Position numbers and translations under genes: made by a program | Assembly: GCF_006345805.1 (NCBI RefSeq) | Contig: NC_043000.1 | Coordinates: 33,480,001-33,544,000, forward strand | DNA length: 64,000 nt | From: Octopus sinensis | Lineage: Eukaryota | Reading direction: 5' to 3' | The notes under the pieces: model-generated | What the model saw: only the letters and a program-made list of their open reading frames with translations | Databases searched by the model: none | Told to the model about the DNA's origin: nothing | Part shown: positions 13,110-25,321 of the stretch, in pieces | How positions within the stretch are numbered: position 1 is the stretch's first letter | How the letters are laid out: the number at the start of each line of letters is the position of its first letter

Positions 13110-13827
13110 TACATGTTTATATATATTTAAATATATATATACACATGCATATGCACACACACGTATATATGCCACAAAACGTCTCTCTAACTTTCCCCAT
13201 AACAACGTCTTTCTCTTTCTCTCTCTCTCTATATATATATATATTTATATATATATATACATATATATATCTATATTTATATATATTATATATGTGTATA
13301 TATATTTATATATACATATATATATATTATATGTATATATATATATATATAAAACATACATGCGTGCATACGTACTTACACACACATATTTATACATACA
13401 TATAATGGAAACTTATTGCATACACACATACACACACTCACACAAACACACACACACACCACACACACACACACACACACGCACGCACACAGGTTTGTAT
13501 GATGTTTTCCAAGGTTTTGTAATCGGAGTTCAGGGTGTATATCTTTTTGTGGTTGTTGTTATTGTTGTTGTAATCTCGGTGTGATGGGGTAGCACACCTT
13601 CAACCCTATTTCACCTTTTTCTTGTTTACCTCCCCTCCACCACCATGGCTCTGCTCACCGTTCCTACACTACATCCCAGCTCTGCCGCCAGGGGGCCAGT
13701 TTCAGCAACTGTAGCAAGTCGGCTCGAAGGCCAATTCTTTGAACTCAGTTGATTTGATTAGAAGAAGCAAAACAACAAAAGGGACAAAACGAAGAGAAAG
13801 GATGCAAATAAAATTTCAGGAAAGATT

Positions 13828-13851
13828 GTAATAATAATAATAGTAATAATG

Positions 13852-13903
<52 letters not shown>

Positions 13904-13923
13904 TGATGATGATGATAATATAA

Positions 13924-13974
<51 letters not shown>

Positions 13975-14013
13975 TGATAATGATTAATGATGATAATAAT
14001 AATAATAATAATA

Positions 14014-14069
<56 letters not shown>

Positions 14070-14215
14070 ATAATAATAATAATAATGATGATGATGATAA
14101 TAATAGTAATAATGATAGCAACAACAGCAATAATACTAGTAAATATAGTTATAGTAATAATAAAAACAGTAATTGTAATAAGAACAATAATAATAAATAG
14201 AGATGATGATAATAT

Positions 14216-14255
<40 letters not shown>

Positions 14256-14430
14256 ATATAATGATAAAAAGTTCGCCATATTAGACATCAGAAGAATAGT
14301 TGGATCCAATAATCAACAAAACAAGAACGGAAATAATAATAATAATAATAATAATAATGACGATAACAATAACAACAACAACAACAATAATAATAATGAT
14401 AATAATAATAAATATAAAAAATAAATAATA
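13828..14430. repeat. (AAT)n/(GAT)n microsatellite field
   Basis: Direct reading. Confidence 0.95.
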
Positions 14431-14913
14431 ATAAATCCAAAAAATGGATTTTGATTGATTTTATTATTCGAGTTGTGTAGGTAGGGTGGTGCATGCATGG
14501 TATGTTTAGGGGTTGTGTGTGTAGGGGTGGTGTGTGTTGAATGAAATGAAATAGGATCAAAATAAAATATCTGAAATCTGAAGCTAACTTTATTTGGAGG
14601 TAGAAGTATTGTGGTGATGGTGATGGTGGTAGTGTAGGATTGTTGTTGCTGTTGTTGTTGTTGGTGTTGGTGATGTTGGTGGAAAAGTTGCTGAGGTCGG
14701 GAGTAAGTAGTGGAGGTGGCTATTAAAGTCGTTTTGTTGTTGTTGTTGTTGGTTGTGGTGGACAGTTGTTGTTGTTTAGCCAAGGTCATACTTGATTGGA
14801 CAGACTTATGTCCTAAAGGGTTCCAGAAGGACATTGTCCAATTCGATTCCGTTTAAAATAGAAAAATGTGATATGAGGGATTTTTGGCTGCTATTTCAAA
14901 TCGAGCGACCACG

Positions 14914-14953
<40 letters not shown>

Positions 14954-15040
14954 TTAAGGGTAGAAATTGATATTTATCAATTAAAACCAGTGGTCTAGCA
15001 TATTAAAAAAGAATCCGAAGAGTAAAATATATATATATAC

Positions 15041-15245
15041 AATTAAGGACTGAACACGAAAAGTGGACAGTCAACATGCTAGATATAAACGTCAAATCGC
15101 CATTATTTATTTCGTATATTTTCATTTGTTTATTGCTTTGGTTTTGTGCTGAGTTTGATTTGAGAACAATCTTTTGCGGAGAATGGCGATTTGACGTCTA
15201 TATCTAGCATGTTGACTGTCCACTTTTCGTGTTCAGCCCTTAATT
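15041..15245. repeat. inverted repeat, 64-bp arms (15041-15104, 15182-15245), 77-bp spacer
   Basis: Arms reverse-complementary with 2 mismatches; TA-rich flanks. Confidence 0.9.
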
Positions 15246-15341
15246 GGTAATATATATTATATATATATAACTTATTGTTATTAAAGTCGAGGTGCGTTGC
15301 GTACCGTTAATTAATAAATGAAAAAAATGCATTGTAAATAG

Positions 15342-16235
15342 ACAATGACAGGTAAAAAAACGTATACGTAAACTGAGGGTATAAAGGCGGGAAGAAGGCC
15401 AGAAGGTCCCTAATTCTTCATCAGTTATCAACCAAATGGGATAACACAGTTTCGCACCATTAATGATAAGACTGAGAACTTCCCATGCTGGTGCTGCCTG
15501 CGAAAGCCGCAGAGAATGTAGGGCCTCGAGCAAATAAAACAACAAAGAGTGGACATACGAAAGTAAAAAAAAAAGTAAACTAAAGTCGATAGACAAACAC
15601 GAAATAAATAGGAAACGAGCAAAATACAGCCTTAAGGCGAAAAAGACAAGAATGGTAAGTAACGCTTAGAAGAAATCCCAAATGCTATAGAAACCAGCAA
15701 ATAGCAATGGACAGGTGGTTAGGGCAGCAGACTCGCGGTCGGATGATCGCGGTTTCGATTCCCAGGCCGAGCGTTGTGTGTGTTTATTGAGTGAAAACAC
15801 CTAAAGCTCCACGAGGCTTCGTTAAGGGGTGGTGGCGACCCCTGTTGTACTCTTTCGCTCCAACTATCTCTCACTCTTTCTTCCTGTTTCTTGTCCCCGA
15901 CATCCTACGCAACGGCTGAGCCTGGATGCGCATTCATCCATCCGTCGATGCTCTCGGTGTCGGGGGTTGACCTGATTTCTCTTCTGCGGGTCTTACGAAT
16001 AGCAAAGGACCACGTTTCGGACTTCTTCCATCTTGCGAGCTCTGGGACGAAGACCGTTCGCTCAACAGCAACAGCAACAACAGCACCAGAAGGGAAGTTC
16101 TCAGTTTTATCATTAATGATATGAAAATGATTGTTACTATTTGGTTGATAACTGATGAAGAATTTGGGACCTTCTGTGTCTGTCTCCTGTCCGGTTGCAC
16201 ACCACTCAGTATACGTATACGTTTTTTATCTGTCG
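15342..16235. repeat. diverged inverted repeat (arms ~15342-15497 and ~16082-16235) enclosing a SINE
   Basis: Shared blocks such as AGAAGGTCCC.AATTCTTCATCAGTTATCAACCAAAT and CATTAATGATAA.ACTGAGAACTTCCC in opposite orientations. Confidence 0.8.
15709..16082 (+). mobile_element. tRNA-derived SINE, family d
   Basis: GGTGGTTAGGGCAGCAGACTCGCGG ... GGTTTCGATTCCC head; (GCAACA)n tail. Confidence 0.75.
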
Positions 16236-16242
16236 TTCATAC

Positions 16243-16273
<31 letters not shown>

Positions 16274-16336
16274 TGTATGTATGTATGTATGTATGTATGT
16301 ATGTATGTATGTATGTATGTATGTGTATGTATGTAT

Positions 16337-16556
16337 GTGCAGATTTGTATGTTTTATGTATGCATTCTCATGCATATAATTACATATCTAGACATGCTCA
16401 TTTATATTTAAATGTTAAACTTCTGGAATGTTTTACATATTTTTACAGTTCCACAGATGGATTGGATCTGTAGTATTCGAATTAGATTCCTCCTTTCTGG
16501 TTTTGAGTAGCCTAATTTCTCAAGAGTGGTATTTAGGCAGTGTGTTACATATCCCA
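16337..16556 (-). mobile_element. R4/Dong-like LINE 3' fragment inside (TATG)n
   Basis: Minus strand GYVTHCLNTTLEKLGYSKPERRNLIRILQIQSICGTVKICK; nucleotide match to 25080-25260. Confidence 0.8.
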
Positions 16557-16666
16557 TGTATGTATGCATGTATGTATGTATGTATGTATGCATGTGTGTA
16601 TGTATGTATGTATGTCTGGTGTGAGATAAATATTATTCATTTCAAGGACACAATAGATGTCTTTAA

Positions 16667-16721
16667 GTGGTACTAATAGTTTCATATGTTGAGAAATATC
16701 ACAAACATATTCATCAGGCAC
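16667..16721 (-). ncRNA. type I hammerhead ribozyme, canonical core
   Basis: Minus strand GUGC CUGAUGA AUAUGUUUGUG AUAUUU CUCAACAUAU GAAA CUAUUAG UA CCAC. Confidence 0.8.
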
Positions 16722-16828
16722 AAACCGCATATCATAACGAACTAAAAACATTTTGTATATGCTGTCTTCTCAGTGTTTTCGCGTTTCTTCTCTTAGTCAA
16801 TATTTTAGTCCGTTATGATGCGTGGCTT

Positions 16829-16883
16829 GTATCTGATGAATATGCTTGAGATATTTCTCAACGTATGAAACTATTAGTAGCAC
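16829..16883 (+). ncRNA. type I hammerhead ribozyme, canonical core
   Basis: GUAU CUGAUGA AUAUGCUUGAG AUAUUU CUCAACGUAU GAAA CUAUUAG UA GCAC; 10-bp stem II with one bulge. Confidence 0.8.
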
Positions 16884-16943
16884 TTAAAGACATGTATTGT
16901 GTCCTTTAAATAAATAATATATGAAATATATAGATATATATAT

Positions 16944-16990
<47 letters not shown>

Positions 16991-17110
16991 GTATATATCT
17001 ATATATAGAATATATATATATAATATATATTATAATATATATGCGTATATATATATATGCATATATATATATATTATGCGTATATATATATATATATGTA
17101 TGTGCATAAA

Positions 17111-17165
<55 letters not shown>

Positions 17166-17257
17166 ATATTATATATGTATATATATGTATATGTGTGTAT
17201 ATGTGTGTATATTGTGTGTGTGTATATATATATGTATATATATATATATATATATAT

Positions 17258-17370
17258 GTTTTTAAAAAATGTCCAGTTCCTTTGGTTTGTGTCTATGTTT
17301 TCATTTCTCTTTGGTGTCCTGTACTCATATATGCGTGTATATGTACATGTAGAGGTAGGTACGTACATAT
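17258..17370 (+). repeat. unclassified interspersed repeat, second copy reversed at ~54030-54250
   Basis: GGTGTCCTGTAC.CATATATGC.TGTATAT.TACAT.TAGA.GTAGGTA shared between the loci. Confidence 0.6.
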
Positions 17371-17899
17371 ATGTTTATATATATGCATATGTTTTATTTC
17401 ATTTATTAATATATGTATATATATATGTTTCGGTTGATATTACTTCAAGAAAAAAAAAATGATTTTCTTTTCCTTGAAAGGTTTGAAATAAAAATAACAG
17501 GAAATGAGATTTAATCGATTATTTCATGGCAAAATACGATGTAAGCCGGGATGAATATATCGCAGATTGCAGCGATGAATACCAGGGTAATGATCAGAAA
17601 ACTGTAATACGGATAAAGAATGTTAGAATATTGTAAAAAATTTGTAAGAGAAACCACTGTTTTCTTCACAAAATTAGTAACAAAAAATAGATAAGAAACA
17701 AAAAAACAAAACAAAACAAAAACAAAACAACAACAAAATAAAACAAACAAAAAAAACCCCCAACAACTTTAGATTAAAGTCAGTTTTCGGTGATGCTCAG
17801 GACTGATTATTAATATTGTTATATCTCGGACATTGCAGTTGTGTTTTTTTAAAGCGTTATCTAAAAATATGTTTAGTCTTTCCAACACTTTAACATAAC

Positions 17900-18700
17900 C
17901 AAGTTAGATGGCTATCGCTAGCTAATATTCTTGTGAGAATGTTTGAATTGCAGAAAAAAACTGTTAGAATATTTGATCGATCAGAAATTTCGATTATCGA
18001 AGAGACTAACAAATACGGTATGGTTATCAAGAATTGCATATTTACCGATATTTTAGCAAAATTCAATGAATCATGCTTATCTCTGCAAGAAAAAGAAGTT
18101 AATATTTTTCCAGCCGAACATAAAATGGTACCATTATCAGGTAAATGGGAGTTCTAGATCTCAGTTGCAGAACAAAGTACTTTTGACTTGTTTTCCCGAT
18201 TCTTAAAGACTTCTCTCAAAAATCTAACTTGATTTAGAGGTCGGAATCTGCAATAATTTTAACAATTATCTCTGCAGCACATCAAAATGAATATTTTCCC
18301 CAAATTTGAAGAACTTACAGAATTATTTCCGATAAATCTCATTCAAAGTTAAATATAAATTCAACAATGTTTATGGCATCAGATTCTAAAAATTTAAATG
18401 ACTGAGTTAAGGATTCAGTTTGAAGGAATTTCATTTGTAATATTTTGATGTCATTTCACGAATTCCCAGGTTTATCAAAATGGCTGTTCGAGTTCTGTCT
18501 GCAACAACATATTGAATACATTTGGTTTTTTTCTCAATATGTTAGCGCAAATTTCACAACAGACTGGATTCTGCACCAAAGATGCAAATTTTGCCATCCA
18601 GTATTAAACCAAATTCTCAATCAAAGAAGTAGCAATATTCTTCGAATTATGCAACTTCTAATCTTCTTTTTTGGTAACAATTACTAATTTATTACAATTA
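17900..18700 (+). pseudogene. hAT (Buster/Charlie-like) transposase C-terminal relic
   Basis: FTDILAKFNESCLSLQEKEVNIF resembles LADIFSKLNELNLSLQGK; KFHNRLDSAPKMQILPSSIKPN resembles the hAT dimerisation-domain end. Confidence 0.7.
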
Positions 18701-19189
18701 AAAATAAGATTATTTTTATTTTAATGTTTCAGTTTTTCCTTGAATTTTGGATAACCGAAGAAAAATTATTTCAGGAAGCAGAACTGTATAAAATATCAAT
18801 GTGGAAGTTCCAACAGCTGCGTGGTCTGGCTGATGGACGGTTGTGAGTATCAGGCGATTTTCCAGACACCAGCCTTCCAGTCTTGGTCTTAGGTCGATGC
18901 AATATCGCAGTTCCGTTAAAGAGATGAGCCGAGAAAAATTTATACCTGCAAAACGCTGACCTCGCCCATTCCCTATTAATGAAACTTTGTAGATGTTGAA
19001 GCTCCAACGCATGTTCTATCATCAAGAGCACCGACATCCAGAGACCCGCCGACACAAAAAAAATGGATCACCTCTGACAAGTGAAAGACATTTTTTTAAT
19101 CAGCCGAAGCGTTGTGTTAACAACAAACAAGATGAGGACAAATATCCGTCAAATTCGTTTACTAATTCCAATTTTTGAGAGGTCTTTAA

Positions 19190-19800
19190 GTCCCACCCTA
19201 CTGGCCATCCCTATACATAACTTTCTTCCAGTTCGTATTCAACTGAAGGTCTGGACCGAAACATACTGCAATCAGTTTAACTAGTTCTATCTGTCCAGTC
19301 TCCCACGGCATTATCCCACAGCATGAAATAAGCTGTTGAGTTGCAAACCCTTCAGCTCTTTCCAGTTTATCTATGTTCCTGTCACTGACTTGTATTTCTC
19401 TGGAAAGGTACCGACTGCCTCAAGTTCCATTATCTCTGACACTATTACAATGACGTCACCCGCATCAAGCACAAAACAAGCAAACAAAAAAACTATATCG
19501 ATCCTCAGCTTGAACGTGAACCCTTTCAATACCTCGAGTTTCCAGAATAATGGATCAAGAGTCAGCAGATGCAGAAGAGATGTGAAAAGATGCCCTTGAT
19601 GGATTGAGTACAGGAATCAAAACGGTTCCAAGTGCTATGATCATTTCTTCTGAAATTGAATAACAAGATTGACAGTGATAACAATTTCTTGTGAAGTACA
19701 CGTACTCGAATCAGACCAGCCCTGGTCTACATGTAGGATTTTAAGGTGTTTAATCCATTGAGCTTCATATTCAAATTACTTGATAAAGGGGACTCATCGA
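19190..19800 (-). pseudogene. L1/Tx1-like LINE reverse transcriptase relic
   Basis: Minus strand SIHQGHLFTSLLHLLTLDPLFWKLE (QGCPLSPLL), AGDVIVIVSE (ADDV), FGPDLQLNTNW. Confidence 0.65.
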
Positions 19801-20299
19801 AGTGTGAGGTAAATTTGGTTGTTCAGTGTATGTTCCGCAATATATTTTAAAAGTTATAATATTCCGCATTTTATAACATTTGTAATACGCATTTTAGGAA
19901 AAAAAAATGTCGTACTGCCAACTCTTCATTCAAGGCTCTCCCCACCAAAAGAGAGAAATTCCTATTTATGCATGATAGCTTTTCGAAATATATTCTGTAA
20001 AAATACAAATTACAAGTGTTTCAAAATGTGGAACACTACAAGACGAGAAATAACAAAAAGAAATTTAAAAAATTGGGGCTTGTGTTCCAAATGTACGACG
20101 AGGGAAGTAGAAGGAAGATATTTGATGAAATGGATGAAAACGTTTTATTTTAAAGAAAGTTCGCTCGTGAGTATTTTGAAATGCGAGGACACTTGCAAAA
20201 TATGGCAAGGCCCTAGTTTATTTCATGCTCACACAGGCTCACATCTCCTTGAAAGTAATTTACATATATATATATATATATAATATATATTATATGTAT

Positions 20300-23200
20300 A
20301 AAGGGTTGATGAAAAGGAACACACGAGTTGATATATATGAAAAAAAAACAAGTAAAAAATAGAAAATGCTAAAATAATTTTATAGTGAACATTTCAGTAC
20401 CGGTTTCGGTCATTTTGAGACCTTTTCAACTGTAACGATTAAATAATTAAATTTAGAAAAATTAGAAGAAAAGTTTTTTTAAAAGAATATTTCTATAGTA
20501 GTGTTCAGATTTAAGTGGCATTCTGCCTTTCTCTGACTCCCTTGTTTGCACTTGTGTGTTCGAGGTAGTTGTGAGTTCTTGGTAGGGTAGTAGAGGGAAG
20601 GCTGGTGAGGAGGAAAGGGGGTGGAGAATCTGGGAGTGCCCTGATGGTCGTATTTTGAATGGTCAGTGGCGGCTGGCAGTCTCAGTTCAATTCAGGAGAA
20701 TATTTATATTGACAGGCTTGTTTATAGAATTAGCGTAGGTGTTATACTAAAAAACATTAGTGACAAACTTAAGGGGTAGGGGTGGAGAAGAAGAAGAAGA
20801 AGAAGAAGAAGGAGAAGGAGAAGGAGAAGATGATGGTGATGGTGGTGATGATGATGATAACGATGATGATGAAGAAGAAGAAGAAGAAGAAGGAGGAGAA
20901 GGAGAAGATGGTGGTGATGATGGTGGCGATGATGATGACGCCGATGATGATGATGATAACGATGATGATGAAGAAGAAGAGGAAGAAGAAGAGAAGAAAA
21001 AAACAGAGAAGGGAGAATATGAATGGGTGTAAATATAGCTATGAAGGGGCTGATTAGTAATGGATTCTATGGAGTGTAGTATTTGTGTTGTGTATATATA
21101 TTTTTTTCTTTATTCTAAAGTTGAGGTATATTAATTGTTTGTCGTAGACCCGTTAAGAAGTGGCTTGTATTTTGTAATAAGAGATTTTCTTTACTTATTC
21201 TTTGTCTCGAGGTTGTATCGTCCCTAAATTGGTAGAGGGGGAAAATTCTGAAGTTTGGTGTTTTTTTGTTGGCGCAAGTATCTATGTGTTGGCTAAAAGC
21301 TATTTTTCTGTTTGGGGAATTTTTATCTGGGATCTGTGCAGGGCCATTCGTTTACGCAAACCATTTTTTGTTTGGCCTATGTACTGCTCTTGACACCCGG
21401 AGCAGGTTAGTGAGTATATTAGGTTCTCCGAAGCACATGTGAAGTTGCTTTTCACTGTAAACCGTTGTCCCTGTTTGAAGGAGAACTCAGAACCCTCGAT
21501 TAGATAGTCGCATATCCCGCAATTGGGTCTTCCACATTTTTTACTGTCGGCTTCTGTGTTGAAGAGTGAATTCGGGCTTGTGTAAGGAGACTTTTCATGG
21601 ATCTAGGCTGTCTTTTGCTTTTTATGATCGTGTGTGTTTGGAGGATTGTGTTCATTCTGTGGTCTTTTTTTAGGAGGGGTATGTTGTGGAGGATGGTGTC
21701 GAAGGCTTCGTTATTGAGAGGGTTGTGTGTGGAGATGTATGGTAAGGCTTTTGGTTGTAAGTTTTTCTTTGATTGGGATGTCTCAGTTCCTTGATGTTAA
21801 GTTGAAGGGCACGTTGAATGCACTTGTCAATAAGTGAAGGTGGATAGTTCCTGGTGATTAGGGTATCTTTTAGTTCTTGTAGTCGTGTGTCTCTGGTGTT
21901 TGCGTTAGAGACTATAGTGCATATCCTTTTTGCTAGATTGAAGGGGATATTCATCCTGGTGTGTCTGGGGTGGCATGAATTGAATGGAAGATATTGCTTA
22001 GAGTCTGTAGGCTTATAGTATATGTCTGTTTCTATTATATTATTAGCTTTCTTAATGAGGATATCGAGGAAGGGGAGTTGTTGTTGGCTATATTCCATCG
22101 TGAATTGGATGTTTACGTCCAGTCCGTTTAAATTTTCTGGAATTCTATGAGTTTTTCTATATTTTTATGCCAAAGGATGAAACAGTCATCTAGATATCTC
22201 TTCCAGTTGTTTTCTATGTAGATGGAGAAAGGGCTGCCATATCTTTCTAGAACCTTACGATACAGACTGATCTCTAGGTATCCTATGACTAGGTTGGCAA
22301 AGGAGGGGGCCATTCGTCGTGTACCCATCGCAGTCCCCGATTTTGTCGGTAGAAGTTGTCATTGAAGGCGAAGAAGTTATTTTCCAGGATGAATTTAACC
22401 CCTTCTATCACAAATTCTTTTTTGATGCGGTGTGGTAGTTCGTTGGCGTGATTCTCTAGCCAGAATTGGATTGCCTCTAGTCCTAGGTTGTGGGGGATAT
22501 TGGAGTAGAGGTTGACTACATCGAAGGATACCAGTATGGGTTTTTGTTTATAGTATTCGGTAGGTGATTGAGCATATCTAAGTCGTCCCTTATATAGCTT
22601 TTGACATGTTGAGGAGTGGTTTTAACAGGGTGTCTAAAAAGTTACTGAGGCGGTGGGTTTCGCATGCGGGACCTGCTATTATGGGTCTCAATTTGAGGTC
22701 ATTAGGATTAGGGACTTTAATTATTTTGTCTGTTGTAGCTATCTTGCATGCGTTGCTTATTTTTTCACTTTTGTGGATCTTAGGTATACCGTAGAATTGG
22801 CTAGTTTTACTTGTGAAATTGGTCATATAATCATATTCTTTGTCGGTGAGCCCTGCTTTGTATGGGTTTAATATGGATTTTAGTTCCCTCATTATTTTGT
22901 TGACTGTAGTTTTGTGCCTTTTCATAGTATGTTGTGTCTTCCAGCATAGAAAGTACCAAAGTTATGTAAAATGTCGTATCCATTAAGACAACAGCACTCC
23001 CTTTATCGGCCTCTTTGATTGTTATTGTTTTATCTAGTTTTAATTTGTTCAACTCAGCCCATTCTTTTTTGCTGAAGTTTGGTTTGTGTTTTTGTTTGTG
23101 CATATGTTGATATGGGTAATTTGATATGTGGTCACAGAAATCATCAAGTGTTTATTCTTACCTTTCGAGGGGGTGTAGTTACTCCTATTTCTGGCTAACG

Positions 23201-24290
23201 ATTCGTCCTCGTTGTATTTATCGTATAGCTCCTCAGTAAGTCTTAATTTCTGCAGAATTCTGCGATGTCTTCTTTCATTTCATTGTAGTTGGGGTGTTGT
23301 GGGGTGGGTGTAAACTTGAGTCCTTTGGAAGGTATGTTTATTTGGTTTGCTGTTAGTTCCTTGTGAGTTAGATTTATAATTTTTATTACTTTTGGTTCCT
23401 CCTGCTTGTTTGGTGCTATCTTGTGTCTCTGTGTTTGCGTATTGGGTCTAAAAAATGAATGCGGTGGTTGGGACGGTAGCTAGTATATAGTTGTTCTTTG
23501 TTGATTAGGGGTCTGTTGTGATTTATGGTGTGTGTTCTTGGAGCAGTATTGAGGAGAGCATCCCGATATCCCATATTCGGGTGTGGTGTTCTAGGAGGCC
23601 TTCGTTGGTAATCATTGCAAGTGGTGTGGGTTTGTTGTGCATGGTTGTTTAACGGTTAATGGACGAAGATTTCGTTGGTAACTCCTTTGGGTGGGGATGA
23701 GGTTGCAGTGTCTATGCTGTGGGTGTTGATTTATCCTTTCTCTGCTTGAAGTGGGGGTATTCCTGATATTGTATCGCTGGCTGCTTACAGAGTTAGGGTT
23801 AGGTCCTGTATTTTTTTTTTGATAGTAGTGAAGGTTCCGATTTTTAGACAGGTGTGTATCGGTGTTTTGGGTTGTGTTTGGTTTTCTTATTTTCTGGAAA
23901 GGGTTGTTGGAGGCGTGCTCTGTTTGAAAGACGGCTTCATAGTCTGAGAACCAAGTGGCGCTTTTCTCCCAGCGTTGGAGAGATTTTAGTTCTTCTTTTT
24001 CACAGTCCTCTTTCCATAGTTTGGAGAACTTCTCTTGATCTGGGCCTTGGGTCATTTTGCGAATTTCTTCGTTGATATCTTCATCGGTGGATTTTATTTT
24101 ATCCTCATTCGTTTGGGCCTCAATTTCAGAAGTTCTATTTCCATTTTCATTTTTTCCAGTGCCATTCTCTCCTGAGGTGTCTTTGTGTTTCAGGTTCTTC
24201 TGTAATAGCTTTGAACTGGAATTTACGTGGGAGGATTAACGGGGTCCGGTTGAGCCATTTTTCGTATATATCCGCTTTGTTGTTGTTTTG
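20300..24290 (-). mobile_element. near full-length degenerate Penelope-like element (RT + GIY-YIG endonuclease, Cys-rich linker)
   Basis: IKEADKGSAVV, FYGIPKIHK, LRPIIAG, MAPSFANL, WKRYLDDCF, LPFLD, YKPTDSKQYL, then CGRPNCGIC linker and LIYSLTCSGCQEQYIGQT; (GAA/GAT)n expansion in the 3' region at 20787-20995. Confidence 0.93.
20391..20436 (-). ncRNA. minimal type I hammerhead-like ribozyme, U3:A8 core variant, in the PLE 3' pLTR
   Basis: Minus strand GUUACAG UUGAAAA GGUC UCAAAAU GACC GAAA CCGG UA CUGAAAU. Confidence 0.7.
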
Positions 24291-24631
24291 AAAGAACTCA
24301 AGAAAATCAACACAAATTTGTCAACTTTTTGAACAAATTCGACTCGACACTTAACCCAATCGATAGAGAACAATGAAGAAACAGATACGAAAAATACAAC
24401 CTCCGAAATTGTCGAAAACCTTGGAAACTTATGCGAAACAATTAGAACATTTTTCTCTAACAACGCTAACCAAGGACCTCCAAACGCGTCAATATATGGG
24501 ATCAATACTCTAACAACCATACCAAATGAAACACCACATAATACCACCAATGGAACAATCACTCAGAGATAGAAAGTTCGCCTTTTGGAAGATGATCCAA
24601 AACAACAACAAGCGGATATATACGAAAAATG
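24291..24631 (+). mobile_element. inverted 5' segment of the same Penelope-like element
   Basis: Ends in CAAAACAACAACAAGCGGATATATACGAAAAATG, the same ~33 bp that begin the minus-strand PLE at 24290-24258. Confidence 0.75.
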
Positions 24632-25290
24632 TGACAACCGATGCAGACTTTGTCGAGTTCACATTGAAGATATCACCCACATCACAAGCAGTTGTCCGAA
24701 AGTGTCATCACGGTATTATCTACCGATGAGACATGACGTTGTAGCTAGGACACTTTATAATGAAATCCGTCGGAAGGAAAATAACGAGGACAAAGAAATA
24801 AAAACCTACAGTATGGTGGACGCCATAGCCACTCATAATAAAAAGGAATACTGGTGGAATGTCTCAGTGAAGACCTCAATAAAATGTAAACACAATAAGC
24901 CTGATTTAATGATTTGAGATAGAGAAGTGGAACTATGCCCAGTTGTGGAAATTAGTTGCCCAGCAGATGTTAACATAAAGCTGAAAATCAGTGACAAAGA
25001 GAACACCTACGATGAACTATTGAGAAATCTGCAGTTACTCTATCCAGATTACAAGTTCAGGTTTATACCTGTAATTATTGGGGCATTCAGATATGTAACA
25101 CGCTGCCTAAGTACCTATCTTGAGAAATTAAGCTTCTCAAAACAAGAAAACTGATTCGCAGACTCCAGATCCAATCCATAAACTGGAACTGTTAAAATCT
25201 GTAAAACTTTCATTTAAATATATATGAGCATGTCTAGATATGCAAGTATACGTATAAGAAGATAGACACAAAACAAAACGTATATATATA

Positions 25291-25321
<31 letters not shown>

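Larger units (their letters stand above)
16630..16920. repeat. inverted repeat (~125-bp arms, ~44-bp spacer) of a PLE pLTR-like sequence, each arm with a hammerhead
   Basis: 16630-16754 matches the reverse complement of 16799-16920 with scattered mismatches. Confidence 0.88.

Noticed and set aside
15400-15480. CTGATGA and GAAAC in the inverted arms (also 16100-16175) as a type I or II hammerhead
   Set aside because: Stem II strands do not pair in either topology and position 17 would be G.
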